Positions 20,861-33,249 are shown, counted from the stretch's first letter. The stretch: 64,000 nucleotides of DNA from an uncultured Thermoproteaceae archaeon (GCA_964575955.1 CAZNTG010000007.1:65277-129276), one strand, 5' to 3'. Program-made: numbers and translations. Notes: generated by a model not told the origin, from the sequence alone.

Positions 20861-21751
20861 ATGCAAAGAGTTAGAGAACCAGCAGTAGCTGGGGCATTCT
20901 ATGAGGCAGATAGAGAAGCTCTAATAAGACAAATCGAGTGGTGTATAAACCATCCTATAGGTCCTGGAAAGATTGAAAGAGAGAAAGAGCCAGATGTAAC
21001 TACAGTACCCATAGTCATATCACCACATGCAGGATACATATTCTCAGGACCTGTAGCAGCACACTCATTCTTAGAATTGAGTAGATATACTCAACCAAAA
21101 ACTGTGATCATAGTTGGACCAAACCACTACGGTATTGGTGCACCTGTAGCAATAATGAATGAAGGTATTTGGAGAACACCATTAGGAGAAGTTGAGGTTG
21201 ATAGTGAAGTTGCTAGAGAGCTATTGAAGATATGTAAAATACTTGAAGTTGACTGGTATGCATTCATTAGAGAACACTCACTTGAAGTACAAATACCATT
21301 TCTACAATACTTCTTCAATAACAAGTTTAAGATAGTTCCAATATGCATGTTCTATCAGGGAAGTGATGCAGCAGAACAGCTTGGACATGCAATAGCAGAA
21401 GTTATGAAGATGTATAAACCTGGAGAGATAGTTCTAGTAGTTTCAACAGATTGGAATCACTACGAACCTCATGAAGTAACTGTTAAGAAAGATATGAAAG
21501 CTATTGAGAAAGTTCTAGAACTTGATTTAAAAGGATTTTATAGAGTATTATCAGAATATTCAATATCTGTATGTGGATATGGACCTGTAGGTACAGCAAT
21601 AGTAACTGCAAAAGAGATTGGTGTTAAGAAAGTTAAACTTCTAAAACATGCAACATCTGGAGATGTTGTTAGAGTAAATCCTGAAATGTATGGAGAGCTT
21701 GCATATAGTGATGAAGTTGTTGGATATGCAGCTATAGCTTTCTACCTATAA
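20861..21751 (+). CDS. MEMO1-family protein (AmmeMemoRadiSam B)
   Basis: REPAVAGAFY, PHAGYIFSG, GPNH, EHSLEVQIPFLQ, CGYGP, VVGYAA. Confidence 0.93.
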   Translation: MQRVREPAVAGAFYEADREALIRQIEWCINHPIGPGKIEREKEPDVTTVPIVISPHAGYIFSGPVAAHSFLELSRYTQPKTVIIVGPNHYGIGAPVAIMNEGIWRTPLGEVEVDSEVARELLKICKILEVDWYAFIREHSLEVQIPFLQYFFNNKFKIVPICMFYQGSDAAEQLGHAIAEVMKMYKPGEIVLVVSTDWNHYEPHEVTVKKDMKAIEKVLELDLKGFYRVLSEYSISVCGYGPVGTAIVTAKEIGVKKVKLLKHATSGDVVRVNPEMYGELAYSDEVVGYAAIAFYL

Positions 21752-22190
21752 CATGTTCAATAATATCTACAAATTTTTTAGCAATTCTATATATAGAATA
21801 TTCAGGTACAATCCTACCATCACATAAAACTCTAACAATTCTCAATTTACCATTTGCCTGGAGTTTAAATACATATCCATCTCTAGACTGTTCAATATCT
21901 ATAATTCTCCATTCAGGATATCTTCTAGTTATCATAACTATTGCAGACTTCTTATCAATACAAAATGCGTTAGATTGAACTTCAATATTTACAATCTCTT
22001 CAATAGACTTAATTTCACCACTAGGACTAGCAATTACCTTGAATGTTCTATAGCTATATGTAAAGTATAGAATTAGATCACTTCTATCAAATTCAACTCT
22101 TAAAAACTTTATACCTCTCTCATCTATATTCATCACATTCGATATTACACGCTTAGCTCTAGCTATAATTGATTGAAGATTTTCTATCAT
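21732..22190 (-). CDS. Hypothetical protein (possibly PepSY-like repeats)
   Basis: ORF in operon-like run; two helix+beta units; no firm motif. Confidence 0.5.
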   Translation of the reverse strand: MIENLQSIIARAKRVISNVMNIDERGIKFLRVEFDRSDLILYFTYSYRTFKVIASPSGEIKSIEEIVNIEVQSNAFCIDKKSAIVMITRRYPEWRIIDIEQSRDGYVFKLQANGKLRIVRVLCDGRIVPEYSIYRIAKKFVDIIEHVIGRKL

Positions 22191-22227
22191 CTAACTAGTA
22201 CGTATCAATACCCTATATATTCTAAAC

Positions 22228-22800
22228 TTACAAAATAGAAACCTCATTCCAAAATCTTTCTAAGATCTCGATAAGCTTTTCTAGGTTAAAAACTTCATAA
22301 TTCATAAATATGTTGTAGTGAATATTAATCTCCTTAATATATTCTAAAAGCCATCTTCTTTCAAAACTTAAATCAATACCATACTTAACTAGTAGACAAG
22401 AATCATCAATTCCAGATATCTTCAATGGATATGCTCTACATGCCATTGGTCTAACAGGATATATTGTACATCTATTATTTTTCAAAAATATACAATCACT
22501 ATCTATCTTTCTCAGTTTTATAATTAGCATATATTTGAAGTATTTTCCAAATTTTCTCTCTAACTCTCTAACTGTTTCATAACTTATAGCTACATTATAG
22601 TTTCTTGGTAGTATTTTTGTTATATATTCTTCATGTGTATAATATTCGAAGTATTGTACTACATCTCTAGGTTTTTTATTTAAATACTTCAATATTCTAA
22701 CTATGTCAAATATTGTTATATTTGGACTAGGACCTTTACAACATCTTGCTCCACATTCTTCACATATTTTAACTATTTCTTCTCTTTCTTTCTGAACCAC
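22228..22800 (-). CDS. YkgJ-family Fe-S/Zn cysteine cluster protein
   Basis: CEECGARCC, CIFL, CTIYPVRPMACRAYP. Confidence 0.88.
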   Translation of the reverse strand: MVQKEREEIVKICEECGARCCKGPSPNITIFDIVRILKYLNKKPRDVVQYFEYYTHEEYITKILPRNYNVAISYETVRELERKFGKYFKYMLIIKLRKIDSDCIFLKNNRCTIYPVRPMACRAYPLKISGIDDSCLLVKYGIDLSFERRWLLEYIKEINIHYNIFMNYEVFNLEKLIEILERFWNEVSIL

Positions 22801-23545
22801 CTTTAAGTACAGCTTTTACAATGTTTCTAAGTTTATCTGGATTTTTCTCAACTACAGTTCCTGTAACTACTATATCTGCACCTGCTTTAGCTATACTATA
22901 TGCAGATTCTTCACTTCTAATACCTCCTCCGACAATTAGTACATTATTAAACACTTTCCTACACATTGCTACTATGTCAGGTGGGATATGTTGTTTAGCA
23001 CCACTTCCAGCTTCTATATAGAGGAATGGATATTCAAGATATCTAGCTGCTAATACATATGCAATTATTAGTTCAGGTTTGTCGTATGGTATTATTCTAG
23101 CTTGACTAACATATCCAACAGCACCACCATCACCAACTATGAGATATGCGAGTGGTATAGTTTCTAGGTCTCTATACTTTTTGAAGAGTATCACTGAAGC
23201 TTGAACTTGTGCATCAATTATGTAGTATATGTTTGAACTATTTATGACAGTTATAAACCATAGTGCATCTGCATACCTACTTATTGATGCTATATTTCCT
23301 GGAAATAGTATGACTGGAATTGAAATATTTCTCTTCAACTCTCTAATATATTCATCTAGTATAGACTCATTAACACCTAGTGAACCACCGACCATTATTG
23401 CTGAAGAACCACACTCTTCTGCATATTTTCCAAGTTTTACAAAATTCTCAATATCAACCTTATCTGGATCTAGTAGTGTTATATGTATACTGCCATACTT
23501 TTCAATTTGTTCATATAGATAATTTCTAACTTTTCTACAATTCAC
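22769..23545 (-). CDS. Geranylgeranylglyceryl phosphate synthase
   Basis: LLDPDK, IMVGGS, PVILFPG, YIEAGSGA, VGGGIRS, GADIVVTGT. Confidence 0.93.
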   Translation of the reverse strand: MNCRKVRNYLYEQIEKYGSIHITLLDPDKVDIENFVKLGKYAEECGSSAIMVGGSLGVNESILDEYIRELKRNISIPVILFPGNIASISRYADALWFITVINSSNIYYIIDAQVQASVILFKKYRDLETIPLAYLIVGDGGAVGYVSQARIIPYDKPELIIAYVLAARYLEYPFLYIEAGSGAKQHIPPDIVAMCRKVFNNVLIVGGGIRSEESAYSIAKAGADIVVTGTVVEKNPDKLRNIVKAVLKGGSERKRRNS

Positions 23546-23559
23546 GTACTATTCTAAAT

Positions 23560-23973
23560 TTAAGAACTTTCTTCACTTTCACTCTCAGTCTCAACTTCTT
23601 CAGACTCTGATTTTGTAACACTCTCACTTTCAACCTCTTCAATAGATTCTTCACCACTTGTTGCCAATTCTGACTCTTCACCTATCTCACTTTTCAATTC
23701 TTCTAATGTTAACACTTCCTCTTTCTGTGGTTTTATAACACCTTCGTAGTATAGATCTACAAACTTGTTGTAGTAGTCTACAGGTAGTAGTCCATCTACA
23801 AGTTCAAACTCTGCTGCAAGTCTACAATTTCCACATACGACTCTAACCTTTCTATTCTTCTTATCCTGCTTCACATTTACTACAGTACTACCACAGTTGG
23901 GACATGTAAATATCTTAGGAAGCTTCTTTTGAGGTCTAACTATAATACGTTTTCTCTTACGTCTTCTACCCAT
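23560..23973 (-). CDS. elf1: Transcription elongation factor Elf1
   Basis: MGRRRK, KLPKIFTCPNC, CGNC, PVDYYNKFVD, acidic tail. Confidence 0.88.
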   Translation of the reverse strand: MGRRRKRKRIIVRPQKKLPKIFTCPNCGSTVVNVKQDKKNRKVRVVCGNCRLAAEFELVDGLLPVDYYNKFVDLYYEGVIKPQKEEVLTLEELKSEIGEESELATSGEESIEEVESESVTKSESEEVETESESEESS

Positions 23974-24029
23974 TACTAGTTACCTATACCTGAGAGATTA
24001 TATAAGCATGTTGTTAAGATGTGTGTGTT

Positions 24030-26708
24030 TTAAGTTACTGGAATTCCAGCTCTTCTAAGTAGTTCATCAACATTTATTCTACCATTATCACTTCTAGATA
24101 CATCAATACCATCTTCACCATATCTATACTGTACTATTATTCCAGAACCACCTCTAACAGTTCCATCATATGCAACATATATGTCCTGTAGTGCATTTAT
24201 CAATCTTCTCTGCATATATCCTGACTGTGCTGTACGTACTGCTGTATCTACTAGACCGTCTCTACCACCAGCTGCGTGGAAGAAGTATTCTACAGGTGGT
24301 AGACCTTTTCTAAAGCATGATTTTACAAATCCTCTACATTCTGGACCTAGATCTCCAGGTGTGAAGTGTGCTGTTGTTCTACCTTCAAAACCTCTCTTAA
24401 TTCTCTCACCACGAATACTTTGTTGACCTATCATTGCGACCATCTGCATTATGTTTAGAATACTACCTCTAGCTCCTGTCTTAGCCATTATATATGCGTC
24501 AGACTTCTTATTTATGTACTTCTCAGTAATCTTCTGTGCTTCTTCTCTAACTCTTACCAATATCTTATTTATGTAGTCTTCTAACGTCTCTTCAACTGTT
24601 AATCCAGGCTCTGCCTGTAACGTTCCCTCTCTATACATCTGTATATATCTTTCAACCTCCTCCTTAGCCTTCTTGTATATCTCCTCAAGTTCTTTATAAG
24701 CATCTTCAGGCATTACTAGACTATCGAGACCCATTGTAAATCCTCTCAAATCTAAATATCTAAGTAACATTCTGAGTACTGAGTCAATCCACTTTCTAGC
24801 ATACTCATTACCATACCTCTTAACAATTACATGCCATAGTGAGTTTACCTGTTCAGCACCTATAGACTTCTTATCTATGACACCTGTAGCCATATATCCT
24901 TTAACAACTATTATATACTCATCTGTGTTACATGTGTATGGGTCTGTGCATTTTGACTTTATTGCAGTAGGCTGTACCCAATCTAGATCTTTTGGAAGTA
25001 GCATCGATATTACCTGCTTACCTGTCCATGCTTCAACTGGGTGCATTATTGCTGGTTCTTCAATCTCTCCATCATAGTTTGCAGCTGCTAGAAGGTACAT
25101 TAGTGTCTTCTTATCTATAAATGTGTCTTTCTTAGTTAGTAAATATCCACCAGTTATGTAGTCTTGTCTAGCACCTATTATAGGTCCTCCATATCTTGGA
25201 GTTATTATATGCTTCTCAACTAGTGTTAATGTTCTAGCTTCAGCTCTAGCTTCCTCATTTTGTGGAACATGTAGATTCATCTCATCTCCATCAAAATCTG
25301 CATTATATGGTGGACATACTGCTAGGTGTAGTCTAAATGTTCTTCCTGGAAGGACTTTAACTATGTGTCCCATCATTGACATTCTGTGTAGACTTGGCTG
25401 TCTGTTGAATAGGACAATATCACCGTCCATTAGATGTCTCTCAACTATCCATCCTGGCTCTAGCTGTTCTGCAAGTCTCTTTCTATCTTTCATATATCTC
25501 AAGTCTATTCTTCTACCGCCAGGCATTATGACGTAGTTTGCTCCAGGCCATATTTCAGGTCCATTAATTACTAACTGTCTAAGCCATTCAATATTCCACT
25601 CAGTAACGACTTCAGGAACTGTCAATATCTTTGCAATATCTATAGGTACACCAACCTCATTAATGCTTAAGTTTGGATCTGGACTTATTACTGTTCTTGC
25701 TGAGAAGTCTACTCTCTTACCTGATAGAGAACCTCTAAATCTACCTTCCTTACCTTTCAATCTCTGTGCTAGTGTCTTTAGTGGTCTACCACTTCTATGT
25801 TTTGCAGGTGCTAGATTTGGTAATTCATTGTTGAAGTATGTTGCTACATGGTATTGTAGTAGTTCCCATAGATCTTCTATAACACTTGCAGGTGCTCCTG
25901 ACTCGATAGCGTTTCTAAGCTTCTCATTTGTTCTAACAATATCTACAAGCTTGTGTGTTAGATCATCCTCACTTCTAATACCTGTCTCTAACTGTATTGA
26001 TGGTCTAACATGTGGTGGTGGTACTGGAAGTACTTCAAGTATTGCCCATTCAGGTCTTGCAAATTTTGGATCAATACCAAGAACCTCTAAATCACGGTCA
26101 GGAATTTTCTCAAGTCTCTCTCTAATCTTTACAGGATCTAGCTTTACAAGACCACCATCTTCAAGTTCTTCATAGAAGTGGTATGGTCTTTCAAAGACTA
26201 TCTTTCTCTGCTTAGCACCACAGTGTGGACATGTATCTCTTTCCTGTGCTTTCTTTAAGATCCTCTTAGTTAACATCTCTGCAATAGGTCTCCAATGCTT
26301 TCTCAATTTCTCAAGTCTTCTCCTATACTTCTCAATTTCAGAGTCTGTTAATAGAAGTCTACCACACTCTCTACATGTAGCTCTAAGTAGTTCATATATG
26401 TACTTTGCAAATTCTACATGAATAACAGGTCTTGCAAGTTCAATTCTACCAAAATGACCAGGACATCTATCATGAGTATTACCACACTTCTCACATCTAG
26501 CACCTGGCTCGACAACTCCAAGTCTTCTATCCATTAAACCTCCACGAACAGGTTGACCAGCTTCATCATAAGTTTCTGAAGTTGTTATCTCGATAACTGA
26601 TAACTTTCTGATAAGATCAGGAGATAAAATGCCAAACTTTATCTCCTTAATCACTTTAAGCGGAACCTCTACCTCAGTCTCAAGTTCTCGAGAAGTGATT
26701 GTAGACAC
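24030..26708 (-). CDS. rpoA1: DNA-directed RNA polymerase subunit A' (Rpo1N)
   Basis: [10 protein letters not shown] catalytic motif, [22 protein letters not shown]. Confidence 0.98.
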   Translation of the reverse strand: MSTITSRELETEVEVPLKVIKEIKFGILSPDLIRKLSVIEITTSETYDEAGQPVRGGLMDRRLGVVEPGARCEKCGNTHDRCPGHFGRIELARPVIHVEFAKYIYELLRATCRECGRLLLTDSEIEKYRRRLEKLRKHWRPIAEMLTKRILKKAQERDTCPHCGAKQRKIVFERPYHFYEELEDGGLVKLDPVKIRERLEKIPDRDLEVLGIDPKFARPEWAILEVLPVPPPHVRPSIQLETGIRSEDDLTHKLVDIVRTNEKLRNAIESGAPASVIEDLWELLQYHVATYFNNELPNLAPAKHRSGRPLKTLAQRLKGKEGRFRGSLSGKRVDFSARTVISPDPNLSINEVGVPIDIAKILTVPEVVTEWNIEWLRQLVINGPEIWPGANYVIMPGGRRIDLRYMKDRKRLAEQLEPGWIVERHLMDGDIVLFNRQPSLHRMSMMGHIVKVLPGRTFRLHLAVCPPYNADFDGDEMNLHVPQNEEARAEARTLTLVEKHIITPRYGGPIIGARQDYITGGYLLTKKDTFIDKKTLMYLLAAANYDGEIEEPAIMHPVEAWTGKQVISMLLPKDLDWVQPTAIKSKCTDPYTCNTDEYIIVVKGYMATGVIDKKSIGAEQVNSLWHVIVKRYGNEYARKWIDSVLRMLLRYLDLRGFTMGLDSLVMPEDAYKELEEIYKKAKEEVERYIQMYREGTLQAEPGLTVEETLEDYINKILVRVREEAQKITEKYINKKSDAYIMAKTGARGSILNIMQMVAMIGQQSIRGERIKRGFEGRTTAHFTPGDLGPECRGFVKSCFRKGLPPVEYFFHAAGGRDGLVDTAVRTAQSGYMQRRLINALQDIYVAYDGTVRGGSGIIVQYRYGEDGIDVSRSDNGRINVDELLRRAGIPVT

Positions 26709-26791
26709 GGTATCTCAACCATACTATTCAAATATTTTAAAAACCTTTCTCAGACAAAACGTTCATAAGCTCTAGATAGATTAACTAGATA

Positions 26792-26865
26792 AGCCCCTCC
26801 GGCGTGGGTCGGGCAAGTAGGTCGTTGACCTTCGATGAGCCCGACCCCTCCAAGGGGGCTATACA
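26792..26865 (+). ncRNA. Box H/ACA pseudouridylation guide sRNA
   Basis: Lower stem AGCCCCT/GGGGGCT, pocket CCGGCGT/CTCCAA, upper stem GGGTCGGGC/GCCCGACCC, K-turn-like GATGA bulge with AGGTC/GACCT cap, ACA 15 nt after the upper stem. Confidence 0.85.
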
Positions 26866-26919
26866 ACATAAACATTTTAAGATTGTCAATATGCAGAGTT
26901 AGTAGAGATTAAAATTGCT

Positions 26920-28455
26920 ATGAGGAGTGTATGTAAAGGTCTAGTAGCTAAGGATAGACTATTTAGAAATGTTAAGAAGCCTGTAAGAACGATATCAGGA
27001 GTTGTACCTATAGCTGTAATGACCAGACCAGCACCATGTCCCGGAAAGTGTATATACTGTCCTGGTGGTCTACAATTATCAACTCCAAAAAGCTACATGC
27101 CTGATAGTCCAGTAGTACTTAGAGCAGTACCTGTAAACTATGATCCATATCTACAAGTTGTGAAGAGAGTTAAATCATACATATACATGGGTCATAGAGT
27201 ATCTAAAGTTGAGATAATTGTGATGGGTGGAACATTTACAGCACTACCATTAGAGTATCAGAGATGGTTTATAGCTAACATATATAAGGCATTGAATGAC
27301 TATCCTGTATGGGAACAAAAATCTTCAGATAATGTAAATCTTGAAGTAGAAATGAAGAGAAATGAGAAGGCTAAGATTAGAGTTGTTGTACTAAATATAG
27401 AGACAAGGCCAGACTACATAAATGAGAAGATAATTGACAACCTGCTAGACATGGGTGTCACGAGAGTTGAGATTGGTGTACAGTCCATATATGATGATGT
27501 TTTAAGAATAGTTAAGAGAGGTCATACTGTTAAGGAAGTTATTGAAGCTACGAGAATGTTGAAAGATTCAGCATTTAAAGTATGTTATCACATAATGCCA
27601 GGACTTCCAGGTTCAGATCCTGATAGAGATTTAGAGATGTTGAAGACAATATTTGAAGATCCAAACTTTAGACCTGACTGTTTAAAGATATATCCAACAC
27701 TTGTAATACCAGGTACTGAACTATATGAGATGTGGAAGAGAGGAGAGTATAGAAGTTATGATCAAGAAACTTGGATAGAACTACTCTCAAAAATGTTAAG
27801 CATTGTTCCAAGATGGGTTAGGGTTATGAGATTTGGTAGAGATATACCACTACACTGGGTTGTTGATGGACCAAAGATTGGAAATCTTAGACAGGTAGTT
27901 CTAGACTACATGAGTAGTAGAGGTATGATGTGTGTTGAGATTAGGTGTAGAGAGGCTGGTCATAGGATGTTAGAGAGAGGTGAGATGTTAAATCCTGATA
28001 AGATATATATTAGAAAGACTGTATATGAAGCCTCTGGTGGAATTGAAATATTTCTAGAAGCTGTAGATAGTGAAGATACACTATATGGAATACTTAGACT
28101 TAGAATACCTAGCGACAACGCTCATAGACCAGAAATCAAGATTGGAAGAGCAGCATTAGTTAGAGAACTACACGTATATAGTCCACAAGTACCAATAAGT
28201 ATGAGAGATGAAAAATCATGGCAACATAGAGGTATTGGAAGAAGACTACTAGCAGAAGCTGAGAGAATAGCATATGAAGAATTTTCAAGATATAGAATGT
28301 TCATAATATCTGCAGTAGGAGTCAGAGAATACTACAGAAAGTTAGGATATAGAAAATATCCAGGAAGTTTCTACATGTTTAAAGATCTTAGAAAAAATAT
28401 GATTAACTTAGAAACTTCCGAAATTGATGAAGAATATTTTGAATCTCCTCCCTAA
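26920..28455 (+). CDS. elp3: tRNA uridine(34) acetyltransferase Elp3 (radical SAM + GNAT)
   Basis: CPGKCIYCP, MGGTF, ETRPD, LKIYPT, VRELHVY, QHRGIG. Confidence 0.95.
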   Translation: MRSVCKGLVAKDRLFRNVKKPVRTISGVVPIAVMTRPAPCPGKCIYCPGGLQLSTPKSYMPDSPVVLRAVPVNYDPYLQVVKRVKSYIYMGHRVSKVEIIVMGGTFTALPLEYQRWFIANIYKALNDYPVWEQKSSDNVNLEVEMKRNEKAKIRVVVLNIETRPDYINEKIIDNLLDMGVTRVEIGVQSIYDDVLRIVKRGHTVKEVIEATRMLKDSAFKVCYHIMPGLPGSDPDRDLEMLKTIFEDPNFRPDCLKIYPTLVIPGTELYEMWKRGEYRSYDQETWIELLSKMLSIVPRWVRVMRFGRDIPLHWVVDGPKIGNLRQVVLDYMSSRGMMCVEIRCREAGHRMLERGEMLNPDKIYIRKTVYEASGGIEIFLEAVDSEDTLYGILRLRIPSDNAHRPEIKIGRAALVRELHVYSPQVPISMRDEKSWQHRGIGRRLLAEAERIAYEEFSRYRMFIISAVGVREYYRKLGYRKYPGSFYMFKDLRKNMINLETSEIDEEYFESPP

Positions 28456-29026
28456 ACTCACTACACTTAATATAGTTTAACAATCTAACAACTTCACTAG
28501 TATAATTATGTATTAAATCAATAACCTGTCTATAACCACGTAAGTAGTATGATAACGCTCTCAATAATGTTGATAATTTATCAGCAATATTTGTAATCAA
28601 TGCTTCGATAGATTTAGATTCTCTATAATTTAGAAATTTCATACCAACATACTGTCTAATATATTTAGGATAATCTTTCAATAGCTCTTCAAGCTGCTTA
28701 AGCTCGATCTGTCTGAAGTTTGGTATTAATTTTCTAACATTTCCAGAAATATTACCAATATTTGCTTCATGTAGATCATGTATTAGGCATAGCGTAACTA
28801 CACTATCACAATTAACATCTTTATCTTCACAAATTTCTCTATATTCACAACATAGTGAAAGACCTACATAAGATGTTAATAGTATATGTTTACCAACATC
28901 CTCAGCTTCAAACTTACTTAATCCTCTTTGAACCCACCCAACTCTAGGTATAGACGATAGAGTATCTACAATATTTACAATATTCAATAACTTATCTATA
29001 TTCAATCTTTCTTCACTACTCAACAT
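28403..29026 (-). CDS. HD-domain hydrolase (YfbR/HDDC2-like)
   Basis: IPRVGW, EDVGKH, LIHDLHEA, ADKL. Confidence 0.85.
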   Translation of the reverse strand: MLSSEERLNIDKLLNIVNIVDTLSSIPRVGWVQRGLSKFEAEDVGKHILLTSYVGLSLCCEYREICEDKDVNCDSVVTLCLIHDLHEANIGNISGNVRKLIPNFRQIELKQLEELLKDYPKYIRQYVGMKFLNYRESKSIEALITNIADKLSTLLRALSYYLRGYRQVIDLIHNYTSEVVRLLNYIKCSEFREEIQNILHQFRKFLS

Positions 29027-29057
29027 CTAGAAGGAAATATTTAACATGTAGTAAAAT

Positions 29058-29948
29058 ATGTATTACTACTTGAGGAGTATTGAGATGAAGATAGATGTAG
29101 ATTATGAAGACATTGTTAAAATATTTAAAAGACTTCCAGAAGATGTTAATAGACTTACCTCAAAAATATTAGTTAATACTACTAGAAGAATTATTAAAAC
29201 TACACGAATAATTCCAAAGAAAAATCTAGGTCAACACTTCTTAATTAATGCTAAAGTTTTTAAAAATATTGTAAATATTTTATCAAAATTTGACAAAATT
29301 TTAGAAGTAGGATCAGGATTTGGAATATTGACATACTACATATCTCATAACGCATATGTAGTCGGTACTGAAATTGACTCTAGATTTTTCAAAATTTTAA
29401 AATATTTAAAAGAAATTAGACAAAATTTAGATATCTTCCTATGTGATATATTGACTATTAAAATACCTGAGAATTATGTAGTTTTTTCAAATCTACCATT
29501 CTACATAACTAGTGAGTTCATTGTAAAGGTTGTTAAAGATAAAGTACGTAGAGTTTTCATAACTATCCAGAAAGAGGTTGCTGATAGAATTTTATCAAAA
29601 CCTGGATCTAATGATTATGGTAGGATTAGTGTTTTAGTATCATGTTTTTATGATGCTAAGAAGATAATGTTTATTGATAGAAGAAGTTTTATACCGATTC
29701 CTGAAGTTGATGCATGTATGATTGAACTATGTTTGAAGAGTAGTTCAAATTTTTGTATAGATTATAAATATGTTGAGAAATTTGAAAAATTTACATCTAT
29801 AATATTCTCACAGAGAAATAAGCTTATAAATAAGGTTCTTAGAGAGTTTTTTAATATTGAAATTCCAAATTTTGAAAGTAAGAGAGTTTATCAACTTTCA
29901 CCAAGCGAGATTGCTTCTATATTTGAGAAAGTTCTGGATAGGTTGTAG
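29058..29948 (+). CDS. rsmA: 16S rRNA dimethyladenosine transferase KsgA/Dim1
   Basis: LGQHFL, LEVGSGFG, SNLPFYIT, QKEVADR, YGRISV; true start may be 29085. Confidence 0.92.
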   Translation: MYYYLRSIEMKIDVDYEDIVKIFKRLPEDVNRLTSKILVNTTRRIIKTTRIIPKKNLGQHFLINAKVFKNIVNILSKFDKILEVGSGFGILTYYISHNAYVVGTEIDSRFFKILKYLKEIRQNLDIFLCDILTIKIPENYVVFSNLPFYITSEFIVKVVKDKVRRVFITIQKEVADRILSKPGSNDYGRISVLVSCFYDAKKIMFIDRRSFIPIPEVDACMIELCLKSSSNFCIDYKYVEKFEKFTSIIFSQRNKLINKVLREFFNIEIPNFESKRVYQLSPSEIASIFEKVLDRL

Positions 29949-29981
29949 AGGTAAGATTTATAAAGATATGCACGAAGCTAA

Positions 29982-32900
29982 GTGAGGGTCATTACTGCGA
30001 ACCTTAGAGAGACTATTAAGAGCGTGCTAATAATTGGGTCGGGCCCTATCAAGATTGCAGAGGCTGCAGAATTCGACTATTCCGGTACTCAAGCTCTCAA
30101 GGCTGTTAAGGAAGAGGGTATTAAGACTATCCTAGTTAATCCGAACGTTGCGACTATTCAGACATCTCACCTCTTTGCTGATCGTGTCTATCTTATTCCA
30201 TTGAAAGTTGAATATGTTGCTAAGGTTATTGAACGTGAACGTCCTGACGGTATAATGATAGGTTTTGGTGGTCAAACAGCTTTGAGTATTGGTGTAGAAC
30301 TTTGGAAGAGGGGTATACTTGACATGTATGGTGTTAAAGTACTTGGAACTCCAATTGAGGGTATTGAAGCTGCTCTTGATCGTGATAAATTTAGAAACTT
30401 GATGATTAAACATGGAATTCCAGTACCACCAAGTAAGGCTGCTTACAGTCCTGAAGAGGCTATTGAGATAGCTCAAGAGATTGGATTTCCTGTAATTGTT
30501 AGAGTTAGCTTCAACCTTGGAGGTTCAGGATCTTTCGTTGCTTGGAATTTAGAAGATTTGAAAGAGAAGATCTATAGAGCATTTGCAAATGCAGGTCTTG
30601 TAAAGTCTGTACTTGTTGAAAAATATCTACACTTTTGGAAAGAGGTTGAGTATGAAATTATGCGTGATTACAAGGATAATGCGGTGTCTATTGCATGTAT
30701 GGAAAATATGGATCCTATGGGTGTACATACTGGAGAGTCTATAGTTGTTGCTCCATGTCAAACACTTACAGATAGAGAATATCAACATGGTAGAGACCTA
30801 TCTATAGCTGTTGCAAGAGCTATAAAACTTGTAGGTGAGTGTAATGTACAGGTAGCATTATCACCAAATAGTGAAGATGCGTATGTAATTGAGACAAATC
30901 CAAGAATGTCTAGATCTAGCGCACTTGCAAGTAAAGCAACAGGATATCCACTAGCCTACATCGCTGCAAAACTTGCACTTGGATATACCCTAGATGAACT
31001 ACTTAATAGAGTTACAGGTAGGACAAGTGCATGTTTTGAACCAAGTTTAGACTACATAGTTGTTAAAGTACCAAGATGGGACTTACAGAAATTTGACTAC
31101 GTTGATAGAAGTATTGGTTCAGAAATGATGAGTGTTGGAGAAGTTATGGCTATTGGAAGAACACTTGAAGAAGCATTACAGAAAGCATTCAGGATGTTAG
31201 ATATTGGAGAGCCAGGAATTGTTGGTGGACCAACATATGAGGAAGAGATGAGTCTTGAAGAAGTTATTGAAAAGTTGAAGAAGAGAGAACCATACTGGCC
31301 CTTATGGGCTGCGAAGGCGTTTAAGATGGGCTTAACTGTAGATGATGTATATAATCTAACTGGAGTTGACAGATTTTTCTTAAATGCTATTAAGAGGATT
31401 GTAGACATGTATGAGAAATTGAAATCTTTATCAAACTGTGATGATGAGCTTGAACTTGTGAAGTATATAGTTGAAGCTAAGAGATTAGGCTTTTCAGATA
31501 GACAAATTGCTAAAGCATTATCAAAGTCTGAAATTGAGATTAGAAATTTGAGAAAGAAGTATATTGAACCTGTTGTAAAGCAGATAGATACATTAGCCGC
31601 TGAGTGGCCTGCACAGACAAACTATCTATATATGACGTATGGTGGTGATGAAGATGATATAGAGTTTAGATCTGAAAAACCTAAGATTGTTGTTCTAGGT
31701 GCTGGAGGATTTAGAATTGGTGTTAGTGTAGAGTTTGATTGGGCTACAGTAAACTACACATACTACGCTAGACAACTTGGATATGAGGTAATTGTAGTGA
31801 ACTACAATCCTGAGACAGTATCTACAGACTGGGATATGAATGAGAAATTGTATTTTGATGAGATTACTGTTGAGAGAATTTTAGACATATGTGAGAAGGA
31901 GAAGCCTATAGGTGTAGTAGCTTTTGTAGGTGGTCAAATAGCTAATAACATAGCTAAGAAACTTGAAGATCTTGGAGTTAATCTGATAGGTACTAAGGGT
32001 AGAAATGTTGATAGAGCTGAAGATAGAGAGAAGTTTAGTAAACTACTAGACAAACTTGGAATTAAACAACCACCATGGATATCTGCAAGATCTATAGATG
32101 AGGTATTATCATTTGCTGAAGAAGTTGGATATCCTGTAATTGTTAGACCAAGCTATGTTCTTAGTGGATCAGCAATGGCTATAGCATATTCAAAAGAAGA
32201 ATTGTTAAAATATCTAAAAGCTGCAGCTAAAGTATCTCCAGAATATCCAGCAGTTGTTAGTAAGTTTATAGATGGTGCAATTGAAGCCGAGATTGACGCA
32301 GTTTCAGATGGTGGTAAGCATACTGTAGGAATATTGAATGAACATGTAGAACATGCAGGTGTTCATAGTGGTGATGCAATGATAGTAATACCAACATTTA
32401 GATTATCGAGAAATGTTATTGATAAGATGATAGATATAGCAGTAACACTTGCAAATGAGCTTGAGATTAAAGGACCATTCAATATTCAATATCTTATAAA
32501 GGATGGTGATGTCTATGTTATAGAACTTAACTTAAGAGCTAGTAGATCTATGCCATTTGCAAGTAAGGCTAAGGGTATAAACTTGATGGAACTTGCAGTA
32601 AAAGCAACACTTGGAGATGGATTAGGTATAGATTCAGAATTTTATGAACCACCTAGTAGATGTTGGGCTGTTAAGACACCACAATTCTCATGGATAAAAC
32701 TTAGGAAAGCATATCCATACCTAGGACCTGAAATGAGGAGTACTGGTGAAGTTGCAAGTTTAGGAAGAACACTCTATGATGCAATGTTGAAATCTTGGCT
32801 TTCAACAACTCCAAGCAAAATTCCTGAGAAAGCAATACTAGTATACACATACTATGAGAAATCTCTCGATAAGTTAGCTAAAGTTGCTAAACAACTATCA

Positions 32901-33191
32901 GAGTACAGATATGTACTAACTATTGAAGGCTCTCTACTAGACACGTTAAATATAGTAGAATCATATAGTCAGGATAAGATTGTAGAAATGATGCTTAGAG
33001 GTGAAATTGATCTAGTGATTACAAGTGGATACACACCTGATAAAGATTATAGAGTTAGAAGATCTGCAATTGATCTAAACATACCTGTAATACTTCACCA
33101 CGATACTGCTACAGCATTGACAGAGTGCTTCATATGGTATTGGAATGGCGGTAATGTAACTATAGAAGAGATGGGTGAATATTGGAAATAG
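29982..33191 (+). CDS. carB: Carbamoyl-phosphate synthase large subunit
   Basis: [41 protein letters not shown], duplicated ATP-grasp, MGS-like tail. Confidence 0.97.
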   Translation: MRVITANLRETIKSVLIIGSGPIKIAEAAEFDYSGTQALKAVKEEGIKTILVNPNVATIQTSHLFADRVYLIPLKVEYVAKVIERERPDGIMIGFGGQTALSIGVELWKRGILDMYGVKVLGTPIEGIEAALDRDKFRNLMIKHGIPVPPSKAAYSPEEAIEIAQEIGFPVIVRVSFNLGGSGSFVAWNLEDLKEKIYRAFANAGLVKSVLVEKYLHFWKEVEYEIMRDYKDNAVSIACMENMDPMGVHTGESIVVAPCQTLTDREYQHGRDLSIAVARAIKLVGECNVQVALSPNSEDAYVIETNPRMSRSSALASKATGYPLAYIAAKLALGYTLDELLNRVTGRTSACFEPSLDYIVVKVPRWDLQKFDYVDRSIGSEMMSVGEVMAIGRTLEEALQKAFRMLDIGEPGIVGGPTYEEEMSLEEVIEKLKKREPYWPLWAAKAFKMGLTVDDVYNLTGVDRFFLNAIKRIVDMYEKLKSLSNCDDELELVKYIVEAKRLGFSDRQIAKALSKSEIEIRNLRKKYIEPVVKQIDTLAAEWPAQTNYLYMTYGGDEDDIEFRSEKPKIVVLGAGGFRIGVSVEFDWATVNYTYYARQLGYEVIVVNYNPETVSTDWDMNEKLYFDEITVERILDICEKEKPIGVVAFVGGQIANNIAKKLEDLGVNLIGTKGRNVDRAEDREKFSKLLDKLGIKQPPWISARSIDEVLSFAEEVGYPVIVRPSYVLSGSAMAIAYSKEELLKYLKAAAKVSPEYPAVVSKFIDGAIEAEIDAVSDGGKHTVGILNEHVEHAGVHSGDAMIVIPTFRLSRNVIDKMIDIAVTLANELEIKGPFNIQYLIKDGDVYVIELNLRASRSMPFASKAKGINLMELAVKATLGDGLGIDSEFYEPPSRCWAVKTPQFSWIKLRKAYPYLGPEMRSTGEVASLGRTLYDAMLKSWLSTTPSKIPEKAILVYTYYEKSLDKLAKVAKQLSEYRYVLTIEGSLLDTLNIVESYSQDKIVEMMLRGEIDLVITSGYTPDKDYRVRRSAIDLNIPVILHHDTATALTECFIWYWNGGNVTIEEMGEYWK

Positions 33192-33239
33192 TCAGTTGTA
33201 GATTCATCTTCATCAATCTGTATATCCCGTCATCATCAT
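33192..33239 (-). ncRNA. Box C/D sRNA
   Basis: Revcomp ATGATGA-TGACGGGATATA-CAGA-TTG-ATGAAGA-TGAATCTACAA-CTGA. Confidence 0.82.
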
Positions 33240-33249
33240 GCATATATTG

